From IMG/VR virus record IMGVR_UViG_3300028048_003164, positions 55,608-119,607 of that record: a stretch of 64,000 nucleotides of DNA, one strand, 5' to 3'. The notes beneath the pieces were generated by a model, which saw only the letters and a program-made list of their open reading frames with translations, did no database searches and had not been told where the DNA came from. Below, piece by piece: positions 18,488 through 26,259 of this stretch. Position 1 is the first letter of the stretch. Every line of letters starts with the position of its first letter. Source of the stretch: a virus. Its lineage: Duplodnaviria; Caudoviricetes. The translations under genes were made by a program, and so were the position numbers.

Positions 18488-18693
18488 AAAAACTTTTATT
18501 AATAACATTGGTTTTTTTTGTGACTGGTTGCGAATACAAATACAAGAAACCTGAGGTAAAATACGGTGCTTCAGAGGTCTTTATTGTTAACGTGAAAGGT
18601 CATGACTATGTAATCTTTGACGGGACTTACAAAGGCGGAATAGTCCATGCCGAGAGTTGTTCATGCAAATCAAATAAGGAAAAAGTAAAATGA
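18484..18693 (+). CDS. Small lipoprotein
   Basis: Signal peptide + VTGC lipobox; GHDY...VH..SC.C. Confidence 0.75.
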   Translation: MKKLLLITLVFFVTGCEYKYKKPEVKYGASEVFIVNVKGHDYVIFDGTYKGGIVHAESCSCKSNKEKVK

Positions 18694-19004
18694 TAGACAT
18701 AACAAGAAATGCAGTATGGACCGAGGATTGTAGCGGAAAGATGGACTTGGACTTCCCGTTTGTCAGTTGCGATACAAGATATTGGCCGGATAATACGTGT
18801 AAGTGTCATATTCGTCTTTGCAGCGGTGTGTACTTAGAAAAGGAGCATGAATTGTATGAGCCACATGACTCTGTAACCATTATTGAAAGCGATTATTTAA
18901 GTGGGGACAGCAAGGAAGAGTGCCAAATGAAGGCTCGCAAATGGTATAACGACCATGCTGTTCAGGCACTCGCATCGGTGATGTTGAAACTAACAAAAGA
19001 TTAA
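18690..19004 (+). CDS. Hypothetical protein
   Basis: 104-aa ORF. Confidence 0.75.
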   Translation: MIDITRNAVWTEDCSGKMDLDFPFVSCDTRYWPDNTCKCHIRLCSGVYLEKEHELYEPHDSVTIIESDYLSGDSKEECQMKARKWYNDHAVQALASVMLKLTKD

Positions 19005-19005
19005 G

Positions 19006-19776
19006 ATGGTAACAAAAGTAGTTATCCGTGACAACACTAAAAGCCCCATCCGCTATATTGCGGACTTGAAGGCTTTTAAGAACGGGAAGGAGTATGATGT
19101 CACGCCTGGAGTAAATATTATCGTTGGCGAGAATGGAAGCGGTAAGACAACGCTGATGGAGCTAATCAAAAAATATCTTATCGTGGACTATACAGAGTGC
19201 TTCCGTGGCGAATACAATTGCAACATCAATGCCCTCTTCAAGACATTTAACAATGATGCTATACTTGACGGTGTGGATGTGTATGCCGACTACACCAAGA
19301 ATACGTTCCGTCTCTCTCATGCAGACGAGAAAGCACAGAACGAGGCGTTGAAGACCTTTGAGGAGTTCGGCTCTTTTTTCGACCAAAAGCAGTCTTCAAC
19401 GGGCGAGGGTGTCCTTGTAGCCATCAACTATCTGTTCGGCTACATCTTCGGGAAGAAAGCAAAGTTGGCCTTTGACTATAATCAGTTCAAGGATGTCTAT
19501 CCGCTGTATGTGGACTACGTGGAGAGACATCGGGTGGAATGCGCAGACGAGTGGACTATCATGATGGACGAGCCAGACAGGAATCTCTCGCTTGACAATA
19601 TCGAGCATATAAAGGGAATCCTTTCGTTCCACAAACCGCATACGCAGATAATTGCCGTGGTGCATAACCCACTGCTCATTTATGCGCTATCGAAGATGGA
19701 ACACATCCATTTTATCGAACTGACAAAGGAATATGTGGAAAAAGTAAAGAAACAAGTGAAAACAATTGTGGAATGA
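19006..19776 (+). CDS. Stand-alone ABC-type (SMC/AAA_21-like) ATPase
   Basis: Walker A GENGSGKT, signature SSTGEG, Walker B IMMDEPD, H-loop VVHNP. Confidence 0.9.
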   Translation: MVTKVVIRDNTKSPIRYIADLKAFKNGKEYDVTPGVNIIVGENGSGKTTLMELIKKYLIVDYTECFRGEYNCNINALFKTFNNDAILDGVDVYADYTKNTFRLSHADEKAQNEALKTFEEFGSFFDQKQSSTGEGVLVAINYLFGYIFGKKAKLAFDYNQFKDVYPLYVDYVERHRVECADEWTIMMDEPDRNLSLDNIEHIKGILSFHKPHTQIIAVVHNPLLIYALSKMEHIHFIELTKEYVEKVKKQVKTIVE

Positions 19777-19901
19777 AAGGAATACGGATCAAGGACGAAA
19801 CCGGTTGCTGCGGATGTCTGTTCGTTGTTGTGTTATTTTGGCTGACGCTTATTGTAACGGTCGGTGGAATGAAATTGTTTATATATGTATTAAATTTGTA
19901 A
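19773..19901 (+). CDS. Small membrane protein
   Basis: Manual translation MKGIRIKDETGCCGCLFVVVLFWLTLIVTVGGMKLFIYVLNL; ATGA overlap. Confidence 0.55.
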   Translation: MKGIRIKDETGCCGCLFVVVLFWLTLIVTVGGMKLFIYVLNL

Positions 19902-19905
19902 CGAA

Positions 19906-20241
19906 ATGACAGATAAGGAAATAAGAGTGGAACTTGCGAAGGCTGCTATTATGAGCGGCTCTTCCATTGAGACTGTAAAGATGATGTACGAGTGGGTGCG
20001 GAACGATGCCAAGCCCTCATCGCAGGATATCGACAGCGTGAAGGTGTCGGAGTTGGAAAAGTACCTAGGCATGTCCGCGGTGCGTTTCCGCAACCGATGT
20101 ATGGAGAACGACATCCATACCGTGGGGCAGCTTGTCCGTATCGGGAGCGGAGGTTTCCGTGCCTTGCGTCTTGTCGGGGGCGGTCTTGTGGGAAAGCTTG
20201 GTGAGGTGCTTGCAGAGAAGTACGGGGTGGAAGGATGGTAG
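19906..20241 (+). CDS. Second RNA polymerase alpha-CTD-like domain protein
   Basis: SAVRFRN.C.ENDIHTVGQLV...LRLVG motif. Confidence 0.7.
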   Translation: MTDKEIRVELAKAAIMSGSSIETVKMMYEWVRNDAKPSSQDIDSVKVSELEKYLGMSAVRFRNRCMENDIHTVGQLVRIGSGGFRALRLVGGGLVGKLGEVLAEKYGVEGW

Positions 20242-20244
20242 GTA

Positions 20245-20381
20245 GCTAAGCAAAGCTATCTAAAGCTAAGTAAGTCTAAATAACTTGCATTTTCGTGGTC
20301 TTCTGCTTATCTTTGCGGTACCTTCAATAATGAAGGCAACCCTTAGAAGTTGGGCGCGACACGGATAAAGCGTAAAAGAGT
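20245..20381 (+). promoter_or_regulatory. Repeated promoter + structured leader, copy A
   Basis: Colinear with 28860-28996; TTG-N20-TATCTTTG; hairpin; CAACCCTTAGAA; AAGAGT-ATG. Confidence 0.8.
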
Positions 20382-20585
20382 ATGGCAAAAATCAGATTTA
20401 AGGAGGACGGAGAATGGCGTGAGGTGGAGCTGCCGAAGCATACGTGCGTACATTTCATCGATGAGTATAACAATGACTTTGAATTACGCCCCGACCGTTT
20501 CGGTGGCATGGACGTAATTGCCAATGATGGCAAGATATCCATAGAGCCGTGCATGTCTAATAACATTACGATAAAAACTGTATAA
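20382..20585 (+). CDS. Small hypothetical protein (cassette A cargo)
   Basis: 67-aa ORF directly after leader A. Confidence 0.75.
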   Translation: MAKIRFKEDGEWREVELPKHTCVHFIDEYNNDFELRPDRFGGMDVIANDGKISIEPCMSNNITIKTV

Positions 20586-20587
20586 CA

Positions 20588-20668
20588 CCGCCTCTAACGG
20601 CCTTTTGCCTCTAAGGTGGGCAATCATACCACCTAAGTGATAAAAAGGCAACATGGGGGCTAAAAACG
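20588..20668 (+). repeat. Long imperfect hairpin element, copy A
   Basis: GCCTTTT...AGGTGG-GCAATCATA-CCACCT...AAAAGGC...TAAAAACG; homologous to 29865-29944. Confidence 0.7.
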
Positions 20669-20675
20669 AAAGAAT

Positions 20676-21053
20676 ATGGATTACATTAGTGAAGCAGAGG
20701 CATTGTCCGAAATTTACGATGGTTTTGAAGGTGGTTTTGAACCATACTCAAAAAGTGACCGTCGTGACTATGTAGATGCGAAGTCAAGGACGTTCAAAAA
20801 GTCTGACATTGGCAAGTGGGTAGTAACACAAAAGCCAAGACGTAAGAAAGGTGTCGTGAGCACCTTGTATCTTGTAGACCGAAACTTGACTAAGCGTTTC
20901 TGGTGGTCTCCCGACTCATCCTATGCAATGGTTTTTGAGAAAGAGAGTGCCGCAAGAATACAAGCTGCAAAATATCGGTTTAACAAAGCAAGTGTAAAGC
21001 AGATTACTTCAAGCATGGCAGACAAGAAATGGTTTTCGCTATGTTATGAATAA
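20676..21053 (+). CDS. Hypothetical protein
   Basis: 125-aa ORF. Confidence 0.75.
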   Translation: MDYISEAEALSEIYDGFEGGFEPYSKSDRRDYVDAKSRTFKKSDIGKWVVTQKPRRKKGVVSTLYLVDRNLTKRFWWSPDSSYAMVFEKESAARIQAAKYRFNKASVKQITSSMADKKWFSLCYE

Positions 21054-21071
21054 CCAACAAAAAGAAAGAAT

Positions 21072-21269
21072 ATGGCAAAAGACGACAGAATAAAGGTCTC
21101 GTTCTCTGTGTCACTAACAAAGACATATACTCTTGACGAGATAGTGGATTTTCGCGAGAACAATTGTCTTGTGTCTGATGATATAAAGACAACGCTTGAG
21201 CAGATGATTATAATAGATACAATCACCAAAATAAACGATGGTGGTGGTTGTTTCACGATAAAAGGTTAA
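21072..21269 (+). CDS. Hypothetical protein
   Basis: 65-aa ORF. Confidence 0.6.
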   Translation: MAKDDRIKVSFSVSLTKTYTLDEIVDFRENNCLVSDDIKTTLEQMIIIDTITKINDGGGCFTIKG

Positions 21270-21273
21270 GGCC

Positions 21274-21528
21274 ATGAATAATAAAGCACAAAACAGCATT
21301 AAGGTCGGCACAATCTGTACGCTGACAAAGAATGACTCGTTTATATTCCGTTTGACGGGTACTAACGAGCTAGGCTACCCGATGTCGGATTGTATCGTCT
21401 ACAAGCGTTATTACGAAAAGCCAAGCGTTCAGGTCGGCAAGGCGGTCGTGGTGGCATATACTACATTGTTTGAGCCAGCCGCAAAAGAGCATGTAGAATT
21501 GTTTAACGAACTTACAAAAAGGATGTAA
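21274..21528 (+). CDS. Hypothetical protein
   Basis: 84-aa ORF. Confidence 0.65.
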   Translation: MNNKAQNSIKVGTICTLTKNDSFIFRLTGTNELGYPMSDCIVYKRYYEKPSVQVGKAVVVAYTTLFEPAAKEHVELFNELTKRM

Positions 21529-21529
21529 T

Positions 21530-21670
21530 ATGGCAAAGAAAAAGAAAGTACGTCTTTGCAGTCAGTGTATTTACCTATCAAAAGATGGTGACGACTGGTT
21601 TTGCGGTTGTGGCAATGGTTTTGTAGAACCTTACCAAATAGCATGTAAAGAAGACTTTGAAAGTGTGTAG
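21530..21670 (+). CDS. Small Cys-rich protein
   Basis: Manual translation, 46 aa (MAKKKKVRLCSQC...FC.C...AC). Confidence 0.6.
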   Translation: MAKKKKVRLCSQCIYLSKDGDDWFCGCGNGFVEPYQIACKEDFESV

Positions 21671-21672
21671 TT

Positions 21673-21990
21673 ATGAAAGAACAAGCTTATCTAAGTAGCA
21701 TGAACGCTTTGTGTGAGCAGTTAAACGCCCTTATTCCCGTAAAGAACGAAGCGGATAGGGATAAGCTGAATGCGCTGATAGCAGATATGTGCAACAGCCA
21801 TTCTGAATATCCGCATTACGAATTGTATTGGGATAGGGACGTGTACATTAAGAGCGGCTGCAACGAGGGCAAGATACGCGAGGCCGTCTTGCATGGTGAT
21901 TTCCTTCAGTTTGAACCTAACGAGGATTTTGAAGAGCACCCTGGGGTCGTGGTAAGATTTAAGGATTGGGTATTTCCTCCAACCGATTAA
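21673..21990 (+). CDS. Hypothetical protein
   Basis: 105-aa ORF. Confidence 0.75.
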   Translation: MKEQAYLSSMNALCEQLNALIPVKNEADRDKLNALIADMCNSHSEYPHYELYWDRDVYIKSGCNEGKIREAVLHGDFLQFEPNEDFEEHPGVVVRFKDWVFPPTD

Positions 21991-22008
21991 CTATAAAGTG
22001 TTAAATTT

Positions 22009-22419
22009 ATGAAGAATGAATATTTAGAGAAGCCTTTAGAAGTAGGCACCGTTCTTAAAGAAACGTGGTACGATAGTCTAACTGGCAAGGAAAATGATTA
22101 CTACTACATAGTTGGTGAATATTTTATATATAACTCTGATTATGACAATCCACAAATCCGTCCTCACAAGTTTTCTTTCAACGAACATATAACAATTGCT
22201 TCCGAAGAGGAAAAGAAGCAGTTCTTTGACGTTCTTAAGAAAGAACACCTTATTTGGGACGAAATATCGGGTAAAGTAAGACGTGAATATGAAAAGATAC
22301 GTCTAAGCGTTGAACTGAAAGTAAAACCAGGAACGGATGTAAATGAATTAATTGAAAAACTTAATTCTGAACTGGAGAAACCTTATAAAGTTTATTCTAT
22401 GAGTTTTGAAGATTTTTAA
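22009..22419 (+). CDS. Hypothetical protein
   Basis: 136-aa ORF. Confidence 0.75.
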   Translation: MKNEYLEKPLEVGTVLKETWYDSLTGKENDYYYIVGEYFIYNSDYDNPQIRPHKFSFNEHITIASEEEKKQFFDVLKKEHLIWDEISGKVRREYEKIRLSVELKVKPGTDVNELIEKLNSELEKPYKVYSMSFEDF

Positions 22420-22424
22420 AATAT

Positions 22425-22682
22425 ATGGCAGACTGGATAAAAACTAACGGTGAAAGAATAGAAGTTCAGCCGAAGAACGGCACGGACTTTTCATTAAACG
22501 AGCTGCAAGGCTTTGTCGGAGGGTACATAGAGATAGTTCGCATGGATGATGAGCATTTTATGGTGGTCAACGAGGAGGGTAAAGTATACGGTCTTCCTAT
22601 CAACATGACGGCATCGATGCTTATCATGCGTGACACCATTGTCGGTGATGTGTTGGTGTGCAAAACAAATGAAATAAAATGA
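22425..22682 (+). CDS. DUF3846-like protein
   Basis: L.ELQ..VGGYIEIV...VNEEGK..GLP.N..AS...IVGD motif. Confidence 0.8.
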   Translation: MADWIKTNGERIEVQPKNGTDFSLNELQGFVGGYIEIVRMDDEHFMVVNEEGKVYGLPINMTASMLIMRDTIVGDVLVCKTNEIK

Positions 22683-22688
22683 CATGCC

Positions 22689-22898
22689 ATGGCAAGGACA
22701 AAGTTCAACAAGAACGGAACGGTTACAATTATAGGACTGACGCAGGGAGAATGGTATATGTTGCAGGAGTGTCTGTCGCGCTGCCAAGACGTCATGTCGT
22801 GGGATGAGGATGCGGGATATGCGGAAGACGGGGATAATTTCCTTTGGCGCATAGATGACCGAAAGGAGTATGAGACGCTGAAGAATATGAGGATTTGA
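22689..22898 (+). CDS. Hypothetical protein; stop codon supplied by the IS end
   Basis: 69 aa; TGA lies within the TTGA of the IS right end. Confidence 0.7.
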   Translation: MARTKFNKNGTVTIIGLTQGEWYMLQECLSRCQDVMSWDEDAGYAEDGDNFLWRIDDRKEYETLKNMRI

Positions 22899-24158
22899 CA
22901 TACTCTCACGCATGAATACGTGAGATTCTTGGATGCAGGCGCACATGCGCCCTCCTTGAGGAAGGTGTCTTACTGGTGCTCTCCAATTCGGCAATGCCCT
23001 GCCGAAGAATATTCTGGGCAGCGAGAAGATCACGGTCATGGACTGCGCCACACTCAGGGCAAGTCCAATGTCTATCCTTCAATTGAAGCTGCTTGTTGAC
23101 ATACCCGCACGTACACGTCTTTGATGACGGGTAGAAGCGGTCTATCTTGTGAACCACCACACCGTACTTCACGGCAACGTACTCCAACTTCTGAACGAAA
23201 TCCGCATGGGCGAGGTCGTGCATCTTCCTGCCCCAGCGTCTGTTCATTCCTTCAAGGTTCAAGTCCTCGATGAAGATGCGGTCGTACTTTCGGCATAGCT
23301 CGTGGGCGAGTTTCCATTGGAAATCGCTGCGCTTGTTACAGATGTCGTTCATAAGACGGTCTAAATCCTTTCGTTTGCGCTCTCGGTTGTTACTACCCTT
23401 CTTGCACTTGCTGAGATTGCGGCTTCTCCTGCGTAACTCGACAAGGCTTTCCTTCATAAACTGAGGATTGTCGTAGGCTGTGCCGTCGGACAAGGTTAGG
23501 TACTTTTTCAAGCCGAAGTCAATGCCAACGGATGCACCTTTGAGTGTCTTTCCGTAGGATTGCGGCTCTGCGTCGGTAACTATCAGTATGAAGTACTCGC
23601 CCAAGCGGTTACGTTTTAATACTACTCTCTTTACTTTTCCTTCATATTCACGGGATTTTGAAAATTTGTATGACTTATGTATCTTGTTAATCGCTATCTC
23701 GTTTCCGAATAGGCAAAAGCCGCATTGCTTATAGACAATGCTTGCAAAGTCCTTTGCCTTACGGAATTTCGGAGGTCTAATAGCCAAATGCTCAAAGAAA
23801 CGCTTGTAAGCCATATCAAGACGCTCTAATATCTCCTGAACGGTCTGCGCACCAAGAAGATTTCGTTTGACACGCTTTGCTTGGTGATGCTGCATCACTC
23901 CCAACGGGATATACTTTTTGAACAGCCTGTAGTATCTCTTCTGTAAAGCAAGCGCATGATTCCATACAAAGCAAGCCTCTCGGAGCATCCTGTCGATGTG
24001 CTTCGTCTTGTCCGTCCGATATAACTTGTATTTGTATGTAATCATACTGCAAAGATACAACAACTATTTGAATATTAAATACTTTTCTGTGCTAATTAAA
24101 GATAAAAACTGCGCTTTCATCCCCAACCTGAAGGACAGGGTATTCCCGCTTGTAAATC
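22895..24158 (-). mobile_element. IS200/IS605-family (IS1341-like) tnpB-only element
   Basis: Right end: CTCACG/CGTGAG hairpin then ...GTCAA; left-end hairpin ~24112-24150; no tnpA. Confidence 0.85.
22906..24045 (-). CDS. tnpB: RNA-guided endonuclease TnpB
   Basis: MITYKYKLY start; RuvC-I GIDFG, RuvC-II FIEDL, Zn finger CTCG/CPECG, RuvC-III DRD..AA.N. Confidence 0.95.
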   Translation of the reverse strand: MITYKYKLYRTDKTKHIDRMLREACFVWNHALALQKRYYRLFKKYIPLGVMQHHQAKRVKRNLLGAQTVQEILERLDMAYKRFFEHLAIRPPKFRKAKDFASIVYKQCGFCLFGNEIAINKIHKSYKFSKSREYEGKVKRVVLKRNRLGEYFILIVTDAEPQSYGKTLKGASVGIDFGLKKYLTLSDGTAYDNPQFMKESLVELRRRSRNLSKCKKGSNNRERKRKDLDRLMNDICNKRSDFQWKLAHELCRKYDRIFIEDLNLEGMNRRWGRKMHDLAHADFVQKLEYVAVKYGVVVHKIDRFYPSSKTCTCGYVNKQLQLKDRHWTCPECGAVHDRDLLAAQNILRQGIAELESTSKTPSSRRAHVRLHPRISRIHA

Positions 24159-24160
24159 AT

Positions 24161-24198
24161 AAAAAAGAGGCCATCACTTATGTGATGACCTTTCCTTT
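24161..24198. terminator. Probable bidirectional terminator between convergent units
   Basis: A-tract + AGGCCATCAC-TTAT-GTGATGACCT + T-rich tail. Confidence 0.6.
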
Positions 24199-24384
24199 GA
24201 AGTGTTGGCAGCTCTTCTGGCTAAGAAGGACGCATTTTGATTGTTTCCAGTATGGGCATGTCCCCATGGTCGGCATACCCTTGACGCTAAGAGTGTGAAA
24301 CAAGGTTACCTCCGTGCAATAGGCACATTCGCGGCAGGTGTGAGATTCCTCAGTTATCTGCGCTTTCCTTTTCTTCGCCGCCAT
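24178..24384 (-). CDS. Small Cys-rich protein
   Basis: CRECAYC...CPY...C. Confidence 0.7.
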   Translation of the reverse strand: MAAKKRKAQITEESHTCRECAYCTEVTLFHTLSVKGMPTMGTCPYWKQSKCVLLSQKSCQHFKGKVIT

Positions 24385-24694
24385 AGATAAAAACTGTTCC
24401 CGTCACGTCTGCGACAAGGTTCGTCTTCTTCACGTCATAATCAATAATGCCTTTTTTGACGAAGGCACGTCCGATAGCACCTGCAACCTGCCATTTCGCT
24501 TCCTCGACAAGCAGCCGCAGCCCCTCCCTGTGTGATTTGACTTCTGGGTGTTCCTTCCTGAAACTGCGCACGTCATTCTTGGCGATGTGTATGCAAAGGC
24601 CAAGTTCTCTTGCGGTAGGAATGTCCTCAAAGACAACGGAACGGTCTATGCGTCTTGCAAGTTTGAGGAGGAATCGTGAGATTTTCTTTTTCAT
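24350..24694 (-). CDS. Hypothetical protein
   Basis: 114 aa; 4-bp overlap with portal. Confidence 0.75.
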   Translation of the reverse strand: MKKKISRFLLKLARRIDRSVVFEDIPTARELGLCIHIAKNDVRSFRKEHPEVKSHREGLRLLVEEAKWQVAGAIGRAFVKKGIIDYDVKKTNLVADVTGTVFIYGGEEKESADN

Positions 24695-26130
24695 ATGTTT
24701 TCTTTATTGTTTGTTGTTTCCGTTTGCGGTGCGATCTCCGTTGCGGCGGTTGGTTCGCTCATTGCCTGCTGCGCAGCCTGCATGGCCATAATCTGTGCGA
24801 AGGTGGCTTGCGGGTCTTCCGAGAGCCCTGCGTTCTCGATGGCCTCGAGAGGTGATACGAGCGGAGTGTCCCCTCCTGCGAGTCTCCATTTCTGGATATT
24901 CTGCATCTCGTCTTCCTGTATGAATGGTGTGATGATATTCTCGATAAGGATGGATTCGATGTCTTCTTCCTTGAAACCGACGTTGAGCTTCTTCAAGAAA
25001 GCCTTTATAATGCTGTTCTCCCTCTCGAGGAATTCAATCCAAGCACCACTTTCGTCGCCAATTTTGAGGTGAGCGTCCGTAAGGAGCGTCTTCCTCGCAT
25101 CGTACCCTATGTTGCCGAGGCGTGACATCGTGGAGAAGGATATGTCGGGCATCTGTGCCTGCATGAAGAACATGTTGAGGAGGGTGCTGATGTAGTATTC
25201 GAGTGCTTGGTTGCTCTGCGCCCATGAAACGTAGGAGACGTCGCCACCTTCCGTAACACGGTAGATACGTCTTGTTTCTCCCTTCGCCTCTTCGCCGACG
25301 ATGGTGCCCGCCACTTTGAGTATCGGGGCGCTGTTGTAGGCGAGGATGTCGGAATGGCGTGAAAGGGCGTACTCTATCTCCTCACGAATGTCTGTCAGTC
25401 CTTCCCATACGGGACTGTAGCGGTAGATGTAGATGCCTGGGATTTTGCCTATGCTTATCTCCTCACCTTCCGTGACCGCCTCCCACTCCGTGCTCTCGCT
25501 TTTCTTCCAGATGTAATGTTTGTCGGCTGTGAAGGTCTCGAAGAAGGTCGTTATGGAGTCCTTCACCTTCCTTGTGTATTCGAAGGACATGGCGTACATC
25601 TCGCCTTTTTCGTCAATGAGCGGCCAAAGCTGCACGCCCGTCATCGGGGAGAAGGTCTTGCACTTAAGCTTGTAGTTGCACGGGAAACCGTAGAGGTGGT
25701 GTCTTTCCTTCTTCGTGTACCATATCGTAAGCGCCTCGCAGCTTGCGTAATAGGCAAGCCCACGCTTTTTGTTCTCCGAGTCGATGTGCGCCACCTGGTA
25801 TATGCGCTCGATGGCCTTTACTATATTCTTTTTCTCGTCCGTGTCGTCACCCACGTAGTTCCTCTTTACGGGAATGGCGAAGGTGAACTCGTTCATACGT
25901 TTCGTAAGAAGCCTTTCAAGCCCGATGGCAAGCCTTGCCGCCTTATCCTTCGTACCGTCGGAGTGAATCTTGTCTTTCCGACCCTGCATGTCGTGGACAA
26001 TCTTATGTTCGGACGGCTCATAGTCCTGACGCAGCTTCGCCCAAAAATGCGGAGGTGTCGTCCTTTCCTTGAGAGAGGCAATAATGTCCGTTATATTATC
26101 ACCGCTGAGGATTTCTTTTATATCTATCAT
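24691..26130 (-). CDS. Phage portal protein (SPP1 gp6-like)
   Basis: 479 aa; IG.IP.IY, SD..AY...PIL, PD.SF...G...G.A motifs typical of SPP1-type portals. Confidence 0.8.
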   Translation of the reverse strand: MIDIKEILSGDNITDIIASLKERTTPPHFWAKLRQDYEPSEHKIVHDMQGRKDKIHSDGTKDKAARLAIGLERLLTKRMNEFTFAIPVKRNYVGDDTDEKKNIVKAIERIYQVAHIDSENKKRGLAYYASCEALTIWYTKKERHHLYGFPCNYKLKCKTFSPMTGVQLWPLIDEKGEMYAMSFEYTRKVKDSITTFFETFTADKHYIWKKSESTEWEAVTEGEEISIGKIPGIYIYRYSPVWEGLTDIREEIEYALSRHSDILAYNSAPILKVAGTIVGEEAKGETRRIYRVTEGGDVSYVSWAQSNQALEYYISTLLNMFFMQAQMPDISFSTMSRLGNIGYDARKTLLTDAHLKIGDESGAWIEFLERENSIIKAFLKKLNVGFKEEDIESILIENIITPFIQEDEMQNIQKWRLAGGDTPLVSPLEAIENAGLSEDPQATFAQIMAMQAAQQAMSEPTAATEIAPQTETTNNKENI

Positions 26131-26157
26131 GATTCCTTAGAATTGCGCAACTTTTGC

Positions 26158-26192
26158 GCAAAAGTATTAAAAAAGTGTTTATTAACCAAATA
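26158..26192 (-). promoter_or_regulatory. Late-type promoter for portal
   Basis: TATTTGGTTAATAAACACTTTTTTAATACTTTTGC. Confidence 0.75.
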
Positions 26193-26205
26193 TTTTATTC
26201 ATTTA

Positions 26206-26241
26206 TTTGCATAATATTTTTTTTATTCGTACCTTTGTATC
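26206..26241 (+). promoter_or_regulatory. Sigma-A promoter for the metK operon
   Basis: TTTG-N20-TACCTTTG. Confidence 0.75.
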
Positions 26242-26259
26242 ATTAACAAAATTTTTCAG

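Noticed and set aside
22906-24045. Cas12/CRISPR system
   Set aside because: No repeat-spacer array or cas genes; IS-type ends flank the gene
26131-26259. SAM riboswitch upstream of metK
   Set aside because: The region is filled by two divergent AT-rich promoters and leaves only ~20 nt of leader
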